Shown here piece after piece: positions 29,101-44,100 of a stretch of 64,000 bases of DNA (position 1 is its first letter; every line of letters begins with the position of its first letter). Source of the stretch: Balanoglossus misakiensis. Its lineage: Eukaryota; Animalia; Hemichordata. The notes under the pieces were generated by a model. It was not told the origin of the DNA. It worked only from the letters and a program-made list of their open reading frames with translations, and ran no database searches. The translations under genes were made by a program, and so were the position numbers. The DNA lies in NCBI GenBank assembly GCA_040954595.2, contig CM082589.2, positions 8,502,232 through 8,566,231 of the forward strand, written 5' to 3'.

Positions 29101-32100
29101 ATGGAGAAGGCCCGCAACCCGCAACAAAGACACATAAAGAAATAAGGTAATTACCAGATTTGGATCTTATTCCTGCTATACTGGTGTGAAGAGGTATATA
29201 TTTAAATACACTCAGTTTAATTTGTCATTTTTGCAAAAAAAAAAAATCAATTTTTTGGCATTTTTCAGTGAAAAAAACCTCTAAAAATCCCGAATTCCAA
29301 AGTGCTGTAATATTTTAATGAATTGTCCAATGATGAAAATGTAAAAAGTTTGATATTTTCCAGAAAAATCTCTCTGAGAAAATAATATAAACTGATGCGT
29401 TTCTTGATTATAGCATTTTGTGTGACACCCCTACTAATATGTAGCTTGGCAGAGGACTATGAACAGCAAAAGCACACATTGTACAACATAATGTGCACTT
29501 GGCTTTGCCTCGTACATAAATTTCGTACAATGTGCGCTTTTGTCAAAGTTTGGCATTTATCATATGCACATATTGAACTGGCCACATATTGTATGTTTTA
29601 AGGGGAAATGTGTCAAGTACATGTACATGTACTGAATAATATACATTGTCTTTTTTTTCCACTTTTCGATCATTCTCAGTCACTACTTAAATCTTGACCA
29701 TGTTAGTGTTTACTCTTAAACTGCAGACAGAAATAAAATATGTCAAAATTGCATGAAAAAAAAAATCACACCATCACACCCCATTTCAGCTAAGGAGGAC
29801 AATGATCAAGATTAGTATATCCCTTCTTAAGTTTTCTTGGCATTTCATGTTTGTCTTGCGAGATCATGTCATGTGTTTGTTGATTATTATCTGTCCTCAG
29901 ATTCTCAATGGAGAAGGGCATTGCAGGCCATGTAGCTTCTACAGGGGACACTTTGAATATTCCTGATGCATATCTTGATGACAGGTTTAACAGGTAAGTG
30001 AAGCATTGTTTCTAATTTGTCAACTACTGTAAAAAAAATTGAAAAAATTGCGTGAATTTTTATTTTCACGCTATTTTGGCTCTCGCGTATTTCTGCACAA
30101 GTTTGATTGCCCTGTATGACAACAAGGGCAAGGTTGACGCATGCGCAGAAGTAACTTCAGCTCTTTCGTGAAATACATGCATTGATATAATTTTGTCATT
30201 TCAGGGATGTGGATGTGCAGACAGGATATATAACGAAGACAATACTCTGTATGCCAATTTACATCAGGGGAAAGTGAGTCTTCACAGGATTTTTTTCAGT
30301 ATTTACCTCCAATTTGGTATATCACACCAGCCAAAAATATTGGCACGTCTGAAAAATGAAAATTTACCATTAAAAAAAAGATTGGTCTAATGTGTTCTTT
30401 TTTTTTGTATAAAAAACACACAAATGGTTTAGCCTATTTTAGTCAATGCAGATGTGTTACTGAAAAACAAATGACTTCTTACTGGAGGAACGTGTAGAAA
30501 ATTTCTGTGGTAATAGGACCATATCTAATATCATTTCATTTGCTTTTCATCAATGTTCAAAACTCATGATTATCCATGGTGAGAAAACTTTATTCACATT
30601 TAAATATTTATATTTAAATATTGACCAATTAGGACTTTCAGAACATCCACATATACATACACAGTATAGAACCAAGCCTTCAGGTTTTTTCCAAAGCGAA
30701 AAATAAAAAAAGCTACGTTCTAGACTAAGCTATGGTATGTACCTTGTCGCAGTGGTAGGGCAGTCTATATGCTGACCAACTGAGATATAAAATCAACATG
30801 TTTCCATCAGTACACATACTAACTGTTTTCTATTAAAGTACTATATGTTGATATCAGAAAAATGGTAAAAAAAAATTTCAAGCGTCTTTATATTTGAAGT
30901 TGTTTAACAAATTGTTTTATTTTGAACAGCATCATTGGTGTTATGCAAATGGTGAATAAAAAAAATGGAAAGTTTACACGGAGTGACGAAGAATCCTTTG
31001 AAACATTTGCTATCTACTGTGGTTTGGCTTTACATCATGCAAAGGTATGTGACATCTGTGCAGAGTTTTTGGCTCCGAAGTGTTTAAGTGCGTAGCTCGT
31101 CTCACACGCATGTTCCAGCTGTAGCCGCTGGTTACAGACGTTAAGTGAACAGTCAATCCCATAAGGCAGTGCTCTGTCCTAACAACAGAGAAGATGGCGG
31201 TGACCTTAATCTGTGTCGGAGATCGGGAAAAGACACTAGCTTGGGTGAAAAGGAGGGACAAAACCAGAATCTACTTATACGGTGCGCATGAAATATGGAA
31301 GGAAGCGATGGCAGTCCACTATTTGAATGCATCGAACGGAAAATTTGCTTGGAAGTTACATGCATGCGCGTGAGACAGGCTACCCGCTTTAAACGAGGAG
31401 TTTTTGGTATTGGGAATTCTGCTACTTCTGGTGTCAACTTCCATCCGTCAACCTGTCAAGAATACATACCATTTATTGGTAGGGGTGTGTAGCTTTGAGT
31501 TTGAGGTGTTGAGAAAGAATTGGAACAGTGACAGAAATCGGAATGGATTAGCCAGTGTGAAGTTTTATTCAAAGTATCCAAGTTCGGAATACCCAGCTGA
31601 TGTTGCAGTATTACTCACTTTGTATTTGTGCGTGATAAATCTGTTTCATAATTGATCATGGCATGGAGTAGCTGGCCTCTTATGTCGCATCTTTACATGG
31701 TATGACCCTTTATGACGTGATATGCGCGGTATGCAGCTCAAAATGGAAAACTTTTCATCAAAACACTTGAGCTGATCCTGAATGCTGATATTTTTTTTCA
31801 AAATGTATGTCTTTCATGTTTAGTACTTCTACTTGCACTGTTTTTTTTTCAAAATGCATTTCTCATACCTTGCGCTGGTGCAATTTGATATAACAATACG
31901 CAATGAATTCCATCAGTAGAACATATAGAGTATAACCTATAGAGGGTGCTACTTATGAAAGTCGTGTATAACACACGATACAAAATCTGAGAGGGAAATG
32001 ACAGAATGACAGAATATATTTGTGTGAGACCATTTGTGTGTGCGGGCCATTTAAAACAGTTATTAGAGCCCTTGACAAGTGGTTTTTCCCCCTGCCAAGC

Positions 32101-35100
32101 ACCCACCTTATCAGGCTGCATTCAATATTACATGAGCAAAACAGTTCAGCATTTCACCTTGGTCTTTGCAAATTGTTCCTTTCACCCATATACCAAACCA
32201 CTGTTCTCCAACCATGCTGCTCATTGACACTGAGAGAGCACCAAGTGTCTTTGACGCTATTTTATGTTATTTTTTTGGGGTTTAATCCCACGCGACTGTG
32301 TTTTAACTGCACATTTTCCCTGCTGCATGTTAGTTCAGGGGCACGTTTTACCACAGCCAGCAGTGGTAAAACTGTATTTTACCATCACTCTCGTCCAATC
32401 AGAATGGCCTTGGTGGACGGTAGAATGATATATTATAATTTGTTTTTTTTGTCTTGGGTGGGTGACTATACATTCTGATCAGGTGTAGTGTTTTATCTGA
32501 CCCTATGACCCCAACTAAACCATTTTGAAAAAAAATGTTGTCGTCCATAGCTCTGCTGGTGCTGTTCTGGAAGTTTTGTTGTCTTTCTGCCGTGATCTTT
32601 TGCTGTTGAAGATTTTGACAGCAAAATCTAGGCCATCAGCACAAATACCTACAGCTTGTTTATTGCCTTGATGGACATGATCAAATCTCATCGCCTGAAA
32701 AGTTGTCCCCATGAAGTTTCTATTATACTGCTGCCATAATGTACCTGATTTGTCCTCTAATAAAATACTTAGTCACACCCATACAAGGAGACGATATATT
32801 TTGACCTTTGAACTACTTGACATGGACGTACATTTACACAGACGTATTCCGTTGAGTGCGCATGTACAAACATGCAAATCAGTTGCTGAAGTCCCAAACA
32901 TGTTTGTCGTTCTCCAATTTTATTGGATTTTTCTTGATTCTATCCACTTTTGTCAATTATTATAACATGCTAAACCAAAATATTTTCGGAAAAATATTTG
33001 ATCACTATCGTAAGAGCTGGAGAATCTATTAACATTTTCAAAAGAATATCAAAACACCTCTCTGGTCTACTCTCACCGTACATAGATTTTTGCTGAAAAC
33101 TGAAAAACATATAAACAGAACAGTCCAATGTAAAGTTGTCCCTGTGGGAGTGACTTCCTACATTGGACTAGGGATCAAGGTGCAAAAAGTTGACTGATCC
33201 CGTAAACCGGTGGTGTGTATGCTACAGCCCTACATTGTAACTTAGATGTAGGATAGATCCATAGCAGAGGCTGTGGTGTCCATCCCACTCAACTTTTTTT
33301 GTTCTTTTTGAATTTTTGTAGCTGTTTAGAATTTCTGTTATACAGTGTTTCATCTAATCTGTACTGAGGATAGAGGGATTCCTGCAATTTGCCGAGCATT
33401 TTAGTCATCACCATCACGCCACAAGACTCGCACCATAGTTGACAGCGCTACAATAGATTATACATGTTATAGACGGTGTCAACGGTACGGCCTGTGGCTG
33501 GATGGGCCATCTTGTGGGCCATTCAGCCATCCAACCATCCCACCATGGCTACAATTATTGCAGCTATAGGAAACACAAGTTGATAACTCGGTCAATTCAC
33601 AAGCAGTGCACAGTGACCTCCAACCACAGTTGCTAGTATGGCTCTCTGAGCTCTGACCCACTGGCCACTTTAAGTTTAACCCATGTTTAAGCAACAAAAA
33701 GTAAATGTTCATTTTTCACAACCACATACCATGGCATATGTATAACTAGATGTAGGGGGTTATGGCAAGCAAGGTAGCTTTAAAGTGAAGGGGTCATCAC
33801 GCCGCGTTTGTTTGTTTCTTTATAAACATTACAGTCCATTGACAAATCCCTGAAATTAGATCATTCTTAGAATGAACGAAGCAGCCAACCATAGCAAAGA
33901 CTGGGCATGACAGCAACTGAAGATCCTAGTAGGTCGTGGCGACTGCAGTGGGGTTTGTGCTGGTATGGGAGGAATTATTCTAATCATGGGGTACACCCTC
34001 ACGGCGCGATGACCCCTTTCCTTTAACCCTTTTACCCACATGTCCAGGCTGTATAGTGGTCCACCTTTGCCCTTGAAAACAATAGGATTGGGCAAAACCA
34101 TTTTAGTGAAGGGGTTGACAATGTCTTTTTGGAAGGTATAAAGGTCACACAATTTATCAACACACTCTCTGTGGTGCTACATTAACTCAGATGATATCAC
34201 TGATTGTAACAGGCACAAACCAAATAAGCATATTTGCACATCGATTTTACCGCATCCAATGAGAATTAAAGCTGCAAGCAGCATTGTCGGGCCCAAGCGC
34301 TGATCCGGTATTATATATGCACAGTATGAATGAGAAGAAACAGAATGCTCTATCAGGTGTTTTATCTCATGACATAACAAGGACGTATGTATTTTTCCTG
34401 CTGAAATAGAGTAAAGTAGGTCAAAGGTCACCTGAGGTCACCCAACATTTGGGCAAAATTTATTGACCCATACTGTTCCATGTCCAACAAGAACTAAAAC
34501 TCTAGTTCTATTGGTTCGTCTGTAATTAGGTATGTGCATATTTAATGAGGTCAGCAGGTGTCACAGGTGACTCAAAAATGTGGCTTTACATTTTGGTCCC
34601 ATCCTGCCAAATGCCAAGGCTGTATCTGCCCTGGATTCTGAGATATGCGAAAGTAGGTCAAAGGTCACCAGAGGTCACCCAATATTTGGGCAACAAATTT
34701 TGACCCCATATTGGTCCATGTCCAACAAAAACCAAACCTCTAGCTCTATTGGTTCGCCTGTAATTAGCTATGCACATAATTAATGAGGTCAGCAGAGGTC
34801 AAAGGGGTCATGAAAGTAGCAAAATATTTTGATCACACACAAATCCACATGCATCAAAAACCAAATGTCTAGCCCTATAGGTTAGCCTGGAAATAGATAT
34901 GCAGAAATAATAATGTGTGAAAAGTAGGTCAAAGGTCATGTGAAAAATCGACAAAAATTTGTAACATATTTTAGTCACATGACGATTGATATCCATAAAA
35001 AGAATTTATAATGCTATCAATTTTTAGACTAGAAAAAGAAATTTAAATTTTTCACTGCTTTTTACAAAATCCAATATGGCCGCCATAATCTTCGACCAAT

Positions 35101-38100
35101 CACAATGCTCTTTGCAAACTTGATAGACATCAGTGTAGTGACCATACTCCCCGAATCTTGCGACTCAGTCATCGCCCGTTCTGGAGAAGAAGATTTTTGG
35201 AGTTTAACTATGGTTTTTCGAAAATCCAATATGGCCGCCATAATCTCCGACCAATCACAATGATCTTCGCAAACTTGATAGACATCAGTTAGGTGACCAC
35301 ATACCCCAAACCCCGTGTCTCGGTTATCGCCGGTTCTGGAGAAGAAGATTTTTGAAATTTAAGCCAGATTTCAGAAAAAAAATTGTAGCAAAAAAACTGC
35401 AACATTGACAGCAAAATTTCCAATTACAAAAATGATGGGTAGAAGGTAGTCTACCTGCATGCCAAATTTGAAGTCGATCTGACTTGTAGTTTCTGAGATC
35501 TGAGATTTGCATTTTTTCAGAAAATCCAATATGGCCGCTAGGTCACGTGACTAATTAAGTATTCACATGTCACTGCACATCTACTCATTGACCTTGACCA
35601 CTGTAGCAAGTTTGAGAAGTGTACCTGCAGCGTTGTCTGAGATCTCGTTGCCCAAAGAATTGACACAAGAATAAAGAAAGAATTAAAGCTGCGAGCAGCA
35701 TTGTCGGGCCCAAGCGCTGATCTTGAATTATATATGCACAGTGTGAATGAGAAGAAACAGAATTTTCTATCGGATGTATTATCTCATGACATAACAAGGA
35801 TGTGTGTATTTTTGCTGCTGAAATAGGGTGAAGTAGGTCAAAGGTCACCTGAGGTCACGCAACATTTTGGTAATTTTTTTTTACCCATACTGGTCCATGT
35901 CCAACAAAAACCAAAACTCTAGCTCTATTGGTTCACGTGTAATTAGGTATGTGCATATTTAATGAGGTCAGCAGGTGTCACAGGTGACCCAAAAATGTGG
36001 CTTTACATTTTGGTCCCATCCAACCAAATGCCATGGCTGTATCTGCTCTGGATGCTGAGATATGCGAAAGTAGGTCAAAGGTCACCAGAGGTCACGCAAC
36101 ATTTGGGCAAAAAATTTTGATCCCATTCTGGTCCATGTCCAACAAAAACCAAACCTCTAGCTCTATTGGTTCGCCTGTAATTAGCTATGCACATAATTAA
36201 TGAGGTCAGCAGAGGTCAAAGGGGTCATGAAAAGTAGCAAAATATTTTGATCACACACTAATCCACATTTATCAAAAACCAAACGTCTAGCCCTACAGGT
36301 TAGCCTGGAATTAGATATGCAGAAATACTAACGCGTGATAAGTAGGTCAAAGGTCATGTGAAAAATCGCCAAAAAATTGTAACACATTTTAGTCACATGA
36401 TGATTGATATCCATAAAAAGAATTTGTATGCTATCAATTTTTAGACTAGAAAAAGGAATTTCAATTTTTCACTGCTTTTTACAAAATCCAATATGGCCGC
36501 CATAATCTTCGACCAATCACAATGCACTTTGCAAACTTGATAGACATCAGTGTAGTGACTATACTCCTCGAATCTTGCGACTCAGTCATCGCCCGTTCTG
36601 GAGAAGAAGATTTTTGCAGTTTAACTATGGTTTTTCGAAAATCCAATATGGCCGCCATAATCTTCGACCAATCACGATGATCTTCGCAAACTTGATAGAC
36701 ATCAGTTAGGTGACCACATTCCCCAAACCCCGTGTCTCCGTTATCACCGGTTCTGGAGAAGAAGATTTTTTAAATTTAAGCCAGATTTCAGAAAAAAAAT
36801 TGTAGCAAAAAAACTGCAACATTGACAGCAAAATATCCAATTACAAAAATGATGGGTAGAAGGTAATCTACCTGCATGTCAAATTTGAAGTCGATCTGTC
36901 TTGTAGTTTCTGAGATCTGAGATTTGCATTTTTTCAGAAAATCCAATATGGCCGCCAGGTCACGTGACTAATTAAGTATTCACAAGTCACTGCACGACTA
37001 CTCATTGACCTTGACCACTGTAGCAAGTTTGAGCAGTGTACCTGCAGTAGTTTCAGAGATTTAGTTGGCCGAAGAATTGACACAAGAAAAAAGAAAGAAA
37101 GAAAGAAAGAAAGATTAAAGCTGCAAGCAGCATTGTCCGGGCCCAAGCTCTATTATCTGATCTGATTATTAGATATGCACATAATTAATGAGTAGAAACA
37201 TAATGCTGTGTTTTATCCCATGAAATATCAAGGTTATATCTATGTTTGGTGTTGATATAGTGTTAAGTAGGTCAAAGGTCACCCAGAGGTCACCCACAAT
37301 TTGGGCAGAAAATTTTGACCCATAGTGGTCCATGTCCAACAAAAACCAGACCTCTAGCCCTTTTGGTTAGCCCGGAATTAGGTATGCACATAAATAATGA
37401 GTTAAGCAGGTGTCACAGGTGACCCAAAACTTTGGCTTTTCATTATGGCCCCATACCTCCAAACGCCAAGGCTGTATCTGGTGTGGATGTCGAGATATGC
37501 AAAAGTAGGTCAAAGGTCACCCGAGGTCACCCAACATTTGGGCAAAATATTTTGACCCCATACTGGTCCATGTATAACAAAAACAAAACCTCTAGGTCTA
37601 TTGGTTCATCATTAATTAGGTATGTGCATATTTAATGAGGTCAACAGAGGTCAAAGGGGTTATGAAAAGTAGCAAAATTTTTTGATCACATACAAATCAA
37701 CATACATCAAAAACCAAACTTATAGCCCTATTGGTTAGCCTGGAATTAGATATGCAGAAAAATGATGCGTCAAAAGTAGGTCAAAGGTCATTGCCAAAAT
37801 TACCAAAATATTTATAGCTTATTCTTGGCATATGATGATTCATATCCATTAAAAAGAATTTCTGATCTATCAATTTTTAGGCTGGAAAGGGAATTTCAAT
37901 TTTTCACTGCTTTTTACAAAATCCAATATGGCCGCCATAATCTTTGACCAATCACAATGCTCTTTGCAAACTTGATAGACATCAGTGTAGTGACCACACA
38001 CACCAAATCTTGTGACTCAGTTATCGCCGGTTCTTGAGAAGAAGATTTTTGAAATTTTACTAGGGTTTTTCGAAAATCCAATATGGCCGCCATAATCCTC

Positions 38101-41100
38101 GACCAATCACAATGATCTTCGCAAACTTGATAGACATCAGTTAGGTGACCACATACCCCAAACCGCGTGACTTAGTTATCACCGGTTCTGGAGAAGAAGA
38201 TTTTTGAAATTTAAGCCAGATTTCAGAAAAAAAATTGTAGCAAAAAAACTGCAACATTTACAGCAAAATATCCAATTACAAAAATGATGGGTAGAAGGTA
38301 GACTACCTGCACACCAAATTTGAAGTTGATCTGACTTGTAGTTTCTGAGATCTGAGATTTGCATTTTTTCAGAAAATCCAATATGGCCGCCAGGTCACGT
38401 GACTAATTAAAAATTCAAGGGTTCAATGCACGACTACTCATTGACCTTGACCACTGTAGCAAGTTTCAGAAGTGTACCTGCAGCGGTGTCTGAGATCTAG
38501 AGCGACAAAGAAATGACACAAGAATAAAGAAAGAAAGAAAGAAAGAAAAACCCCAACGAAACCAATAGGGCCCAAGCGCTGGTATGCGCTTGGGCCCTAA
38601 AAAACCCCAACGAAACCAATAGGGCCCAAGCGCAAGCAAGCGCTTGGGCCCTAAAGAAAGACAGAAAGAAAGAAAAATTCCAACGAAACCAATAGGGCCC
38701 AAGCGCTTGCGTGCGCTTGGGCCCTAATAAAGGACGGAAATATATGCAAACCATAGACATTATAAGTTTGTGGCATATTCCATGCTTTTCGAACATTTCA
38801 TTCAAAATTAGTTTTCTGAAAACCCTAACTTAATTCATTTACTTTCACAGATTGTGCATTTTTAATTATGAATTACAGTAACCTTGACAGTTTTGTCGGG
38901 AACGGTACATGCTTGCAGTATCGGTGAATCATTTCAGTTACGGGTGTCTCACCATTGTGAGTGTTTCTACGTTCAGAGTGTACTTTATATGATCTGCAGG
39001 TAGTGCTAGCAAGTGGTGAAAACCCTGGGAGCCGGATACCAGATTTGATGAACTTTCCAGTTCATGCTGTCGACAATCTTACGACTAGAGTGTGCTGATT
39101 TTGGGCAGAACACTCTGGTCGAAGGTCTGTTTGCAGCATGATTGGTCTGCCACAGTCACTTCGTATTTGGAGTGACTGGTCATCAAATCCAAGGGTCTGG
39201 GTTCCTATTCGGGTTTTCCTGCAGCTTTGACTATAATTAATTTTATAAAACCTCATGGTAGGGAATTTTTTGCTCTTTTTTGTGTCACAATTTTGTACAT
39301 TTAAAGGAAAAGTATCTCATGTAAAAAGTATCACAGTAAAACCTGTCTAAACAGAATCCTGTCTAATCTAGCAACCTGTCTATACCAAACATTTTTTTCC
39401 AGTCCCTTTCATATAGAACCACATGTTTAAAGCAAGGTATAAAACAAACATCTCTCCAAACCAAACTGTTATTTCAGTCCTATGGTGTCAGGTTTAAACA
39501 CGTTTCACACTGTTTATGTTTAAGTAAAATGTTAATTAATTAATTAATTAATTGATAAACTATTAAACTTTATTTTCCCTAAAATGGGAAATTTGTCTTG
39601 AAACGGCACACACATGCATCATTAAAAATATACATCACCGACCAAACAGTGGTAATAAACAAATTACATGTAGAAAGTTATGCAACAACAAATTGAAACA
39701 AGATTAAAAACTACAGACACAGCCTTATGACATTGTCTGGTTGAGTTCTAGTATGGATTTCCTATGATTCCTTTAGTATAGCTTTCACATGCACCCAGTA
39801 CAACTACACTTGCTATTGCCTTTGGCATGTGGTCAATTCTGGCTGCCTTAAATAGGTTTTCACTTTGCGCTAGGGGGTCAAATCACATTGCATTCTGGGT
39901 TAAAAGTCGACTACCCACTGTAGTAAGAGATAGAAGAAATGATATGTTTACTGTATTTTATGACTTCCTTTGGTCAAACACGCTTCAGAATGACCCATCA
40001 TCACGTTAGTTTATGAACTCCCATTTCTTAAACATGGCAAAAATCGGCCATCTTGAAATTGTGGCGACCATATGAGATTTTCATCACTCTCTTAGGTAGC
40101 TTAAAACCTATTTAAGGTAGGGAGATTTGTCGTCATGTAGCAAGCAAGTCCACACACAAAACCACTATGCGAAATCCTCATCTCAGTGTAACATACAGTC
40201 CTGCCTGTTTTGCTATGAATTCATTTTTATACAGGAACCCATTGTCTATGGGGCCGAGCCTCAGCGCCTATACATAAACTTTGTGTGTGTGGACACCACG
40301 CGACTCAAAGGATTGATGCTCTGTGTTTACCATAGGCAAATAGAGTCTCTGAAACGTTTTGAATCTTTACCAGTGTGATCGTGGTAATAGAGAGACTGTG
40401 TCATTATTAATCTTCACCATGAAAATGACTGTGGAGGTGATGTGGCAAGTGGGAAAGTGGGAAGTCGCACATGATTGCGAGACTCAGCTGACTACATTGA
40501 GCTTTGGGACATTCTTTGCACAGCCGGCTGACGTGCAATGATTTCCATTGGAACATGCTCGCAGTGCCTACATACTTACATGTATATCTATCCTTCTGTA
40601 CCTCAAAATGCCATTCCTTTAGGGTTTGTTTTAAATTCTGGAAAGTAAGAGCAAAATGTTTAAGGGCAAACAGATTCTTTGTTACTAGCGAAAATTCTTG
40701 GGTCCAGGTAGCGAAAAGTTTTGGGTCTGGGGTTTTGTCCAATACACTTGCATGGCACTCTGAGGGTTAAATATACAAAATGGGAGCAATGTAATTGACA
40801 CTATTTATCAAGATTCCCCTACATTTATAATTTCAAAGGAACACTTTCTTCTTCCAGCTTTATGATAAAATTCGGCGATCAGAACAGAAATATCGAGTTG
40901 CAGTGGAAGTGTTATCATACCACAGTCAATGTACTGATGGAGAATATGAAGTAATCCGAAGCAAACCATTACCACAATCAAATCCTGAACTTGCAAGGTA
41001 ATTACCCGTTACATTTGTAACATGCCATACTTATTCAATTACTTCAATTGTCTTGTGGTGTCTGTTAAGATGTACCCCCCCCCCCACAGAAATTCATGTT

Positions 41101-44100
41101 TCTGACACTAACATAAAAACTCTGGAGATGACTTGAGTTTATCATTAATGCTTCGTTATGCTGAGTTGGTGTGTTATGGCAAATGTGATAAGCATATACT
41201 AGTAGTGTGCAATTATCTACATATATACATCAGCTTTTTTACAGAAATTGACCACTGTAGTTAGGATTTACTTCACCTCTAAAAAGTATGATCAATTCAT
41301 ATTGCTTTGGTATAGAAAGAAGCTTAATTCAATACAAACCTTGATGTCCATGCCCGCAATTATTCTATACTCCACTTTTGATAACCCTCTGAATACATTT
41401 CAAATTCAGTCAAATTAAACACCAATGGAATTTCCATGGCAACATATTGAAGCACCAATAAATAATGACAGTTTTGAATTATTTCTCCAGGTACGAGTTC
41501 TCACCATGGCATTTAGAAGAAGAAGCCAAGCCACTCTATGTGTTGTGTATGTTCAGAGATTTGTTTGGTTTGACAAAGTAAGTTCCTATACTAGATTTAA
41601 AGCTTGTTTGTTATCTCTCTTTTTTTGAGTTTTGACTAGGAAGTTACTGTTAAACGGGTTATTTTCGCGACATGAAATTTTCGCGACATCAAAAGAGGCA
41701 ACTGTTACCCGAGGATTAATTTTCGCATTTTCGTATTTCACTGCATTGTTATCTCTGAAAAACATTTTTACGCGACTTTTTATTTTCACATTGTTTTTGC
41801 TGTCGTGTATTTCACGAAAATGTATCTCTCGCGAAAATAACCCGTTTTACAGTACATTGCACCTTCAGTCATGTTTTCCTTGAGTTCCTTGAACACTGGA
41901 GCTCCCACACAAAACTGTTCGTTTTCGTCTAGTAGGACAAAGAATTGGTCCAAGAAAAAGTGGTACCAGAAAAAAAAAACCAACAACACCAATTATCACA
42001 AAGAAACTTATGTCCTTGATGCTTTTTCTGGCAGTCCAATTCAAATGTGTTATCATATAGAAATGTTCCTTTTAACAGGTTTGGCTATGATGAGTTATGC
42101 AGATTTACACTGAGTGTACGCAAGAACTATCGCAAAGTTCCATATCACAATTGGACACATGCTTTTTCAGTAGCACATTCAATTTACACAGTTATCAAGT
42201 CCTCACCAGGAATTTTTTCAGATTTAGAGGTATGTCACTTGTCAGAATTTTACTCATGTTATTTTATCTTAAGTATCATTATTATACATTCGTAGTTGTG
42301 CATTTGACAGAAACAGACATGAAATCGACCTTTCGTACATGTCTCTGCCTGTCCCATAGCTGATTGAAAGAAGTTGCTTGTCATACTCAAATGTGTTTTT
42401 ACAGTTTTTGGTTAAAAATCAGTTTTTCTAGCGCTGCTTGTAAGATTGCTTTGACACATGACACTTGATTGGGCATAGTTAATTTTTTTTATTTCCATAT
42501 TTTTTATATAGTTATGCCATATCTGCTTGCCAATGCCACCTGTGATTTTAATTCAGTGTATACCTACATGTACTTCTGTGTACTCCACAAATGGGACCAC
42601 AGTGTCCTTGACGCTATGTTTATTTCTTGCAGTGCCTGGCATTGTTTGTGGCTTGTCTTTGCCATGATCTTGATCATCGAGGTAAAAACAATGCTTTCAT
42701 GGTGAATAATGCTACACCCCTTGCTGCTGTGTACAGTACCTCAACAATGGAACATCATCATTTCAACCAAACTGTTACTATTCTCCAGGTAGGTCATTTC
42801 ACATTTTACTGAAGATGAAACACTCACATTTTTCTGCACAATAAGATCTACATGATTTTTATCTCCATTGTCACCTACATGGAGCTCATGCACCTTTGAA
42901 ACTTGGTGTGCAGAGAGGTCCCTTGGGATGACCTAGTCAGATGTTATCATGGTTGACAGAATCTGCAATATTGTATTTTGAGGGCAATATTCTTTTTTGT
43001 TGTATTTTTAATCCAACTGATACAGCAGAGTGCTTCATATTTCTTAATACTGAATGTGGATTTGCTTGTCAATAATATATATTGAAGCAATGAAACCTAT
43101 TATACACAAATTCTATGGACATGTGAGAACAAGTCAGTATGACCTTTCAGTTTACCACTAAAATGCATATATTCAAAAGATACAGATAAAAACATCGTGC
43201 TCAGGAGATATCCGATATAATCAATTTCATCACCTCAAGAGAGCTTATTTCCATTGACCTTTCAATCTTCATAACATTGAGCTTAGACAAAAGTGGGATA
43301 CTATGACAGAAATTGTGAATGCCAAAACCAGCCTTGAGTGATTTAGCTTGGGTCTTTTCAGCCTCTTTCAGCGATGATTTAGTAATGTGAATGCTGTTCA
43401 TACCATATTGAAAAACGGGTTATTTTCGCGAGCGATAAATTTAGGCGAAATACGCAAGAGGCAAAAAAACGTGAAAATAAAATGTCGCGTAAAATGTTTT
43501 TGTGAAATATGAGAACGCAAAAATTAATCCTCGCATAACAGTTGCCTCGTTTGATATCACGAAAATGTTGTGTCGCAAACATAACCCGTTTTACAGTATG
43601 TTAGAAATGGCCTTATAGCAGCATTCCATACATAAGCAAGCATACGTTTGTAACCTTGGGGATTGTGAGTCACCTCCAACCCCCCCTCCCCACTCCCCAC
43701 CCCCAAGTAGTGCTGTTTTAGGGGGGACTCGCAGTCCTGAGGGGTGAAAGACGTATGCTGTTGCCTGAAGGGCCAGTTAATATGTGTTTTGTAACACACC
43801 TCATCCGAAGCCATGCATAAGAACATGAAGTGAGCGGGCATCATTTTTCGGAACTGATGCCCGCACACCACGCGACTATCAATTGACGAATGAGAACACA
43901 GTCTGTGCATGAGGTGTGTTACAATTTGCAATGATGCACTTTCTTATTATATTCTCCCCACAGAATGAAGGCCATAATATTTTGCGGAATTTAACAGCAG
44001 AGGAGTACAAACAGGTGATTGGTGACATTAAACATGCAATCTTGGCAACTGATCTTGCTCTTTTCTTTGGAAACAAGGACAGACTCAAAGCAATAGTTGA

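Noticed and set aside
32020-32478. Longest ORF in the track (152 aa)
   Set aside because: No recognisable domain or coherent splice sites, and the PDE frame is complete without it.
32515-32920. Possible transposase-like fragment on the minus strand
   Set aside because: No motif or termini I could confirm.
34177-38364. Recurrent ORFs (MALHFGPI..., [12 protein letters not shown]..., MTFDLL...) resembling a tandem gene family
   Set aside because: They come from the repeated non-coding element bodies; lengths and stops vary and no domain is recognisable.
38546-38729. Three palindromic repeats with spacers, superficially CRISPR-like
   Set aside because: Eukaryotic intron, no cas genes, and the spacers are themselves repeated; these are transposon end hairpins.
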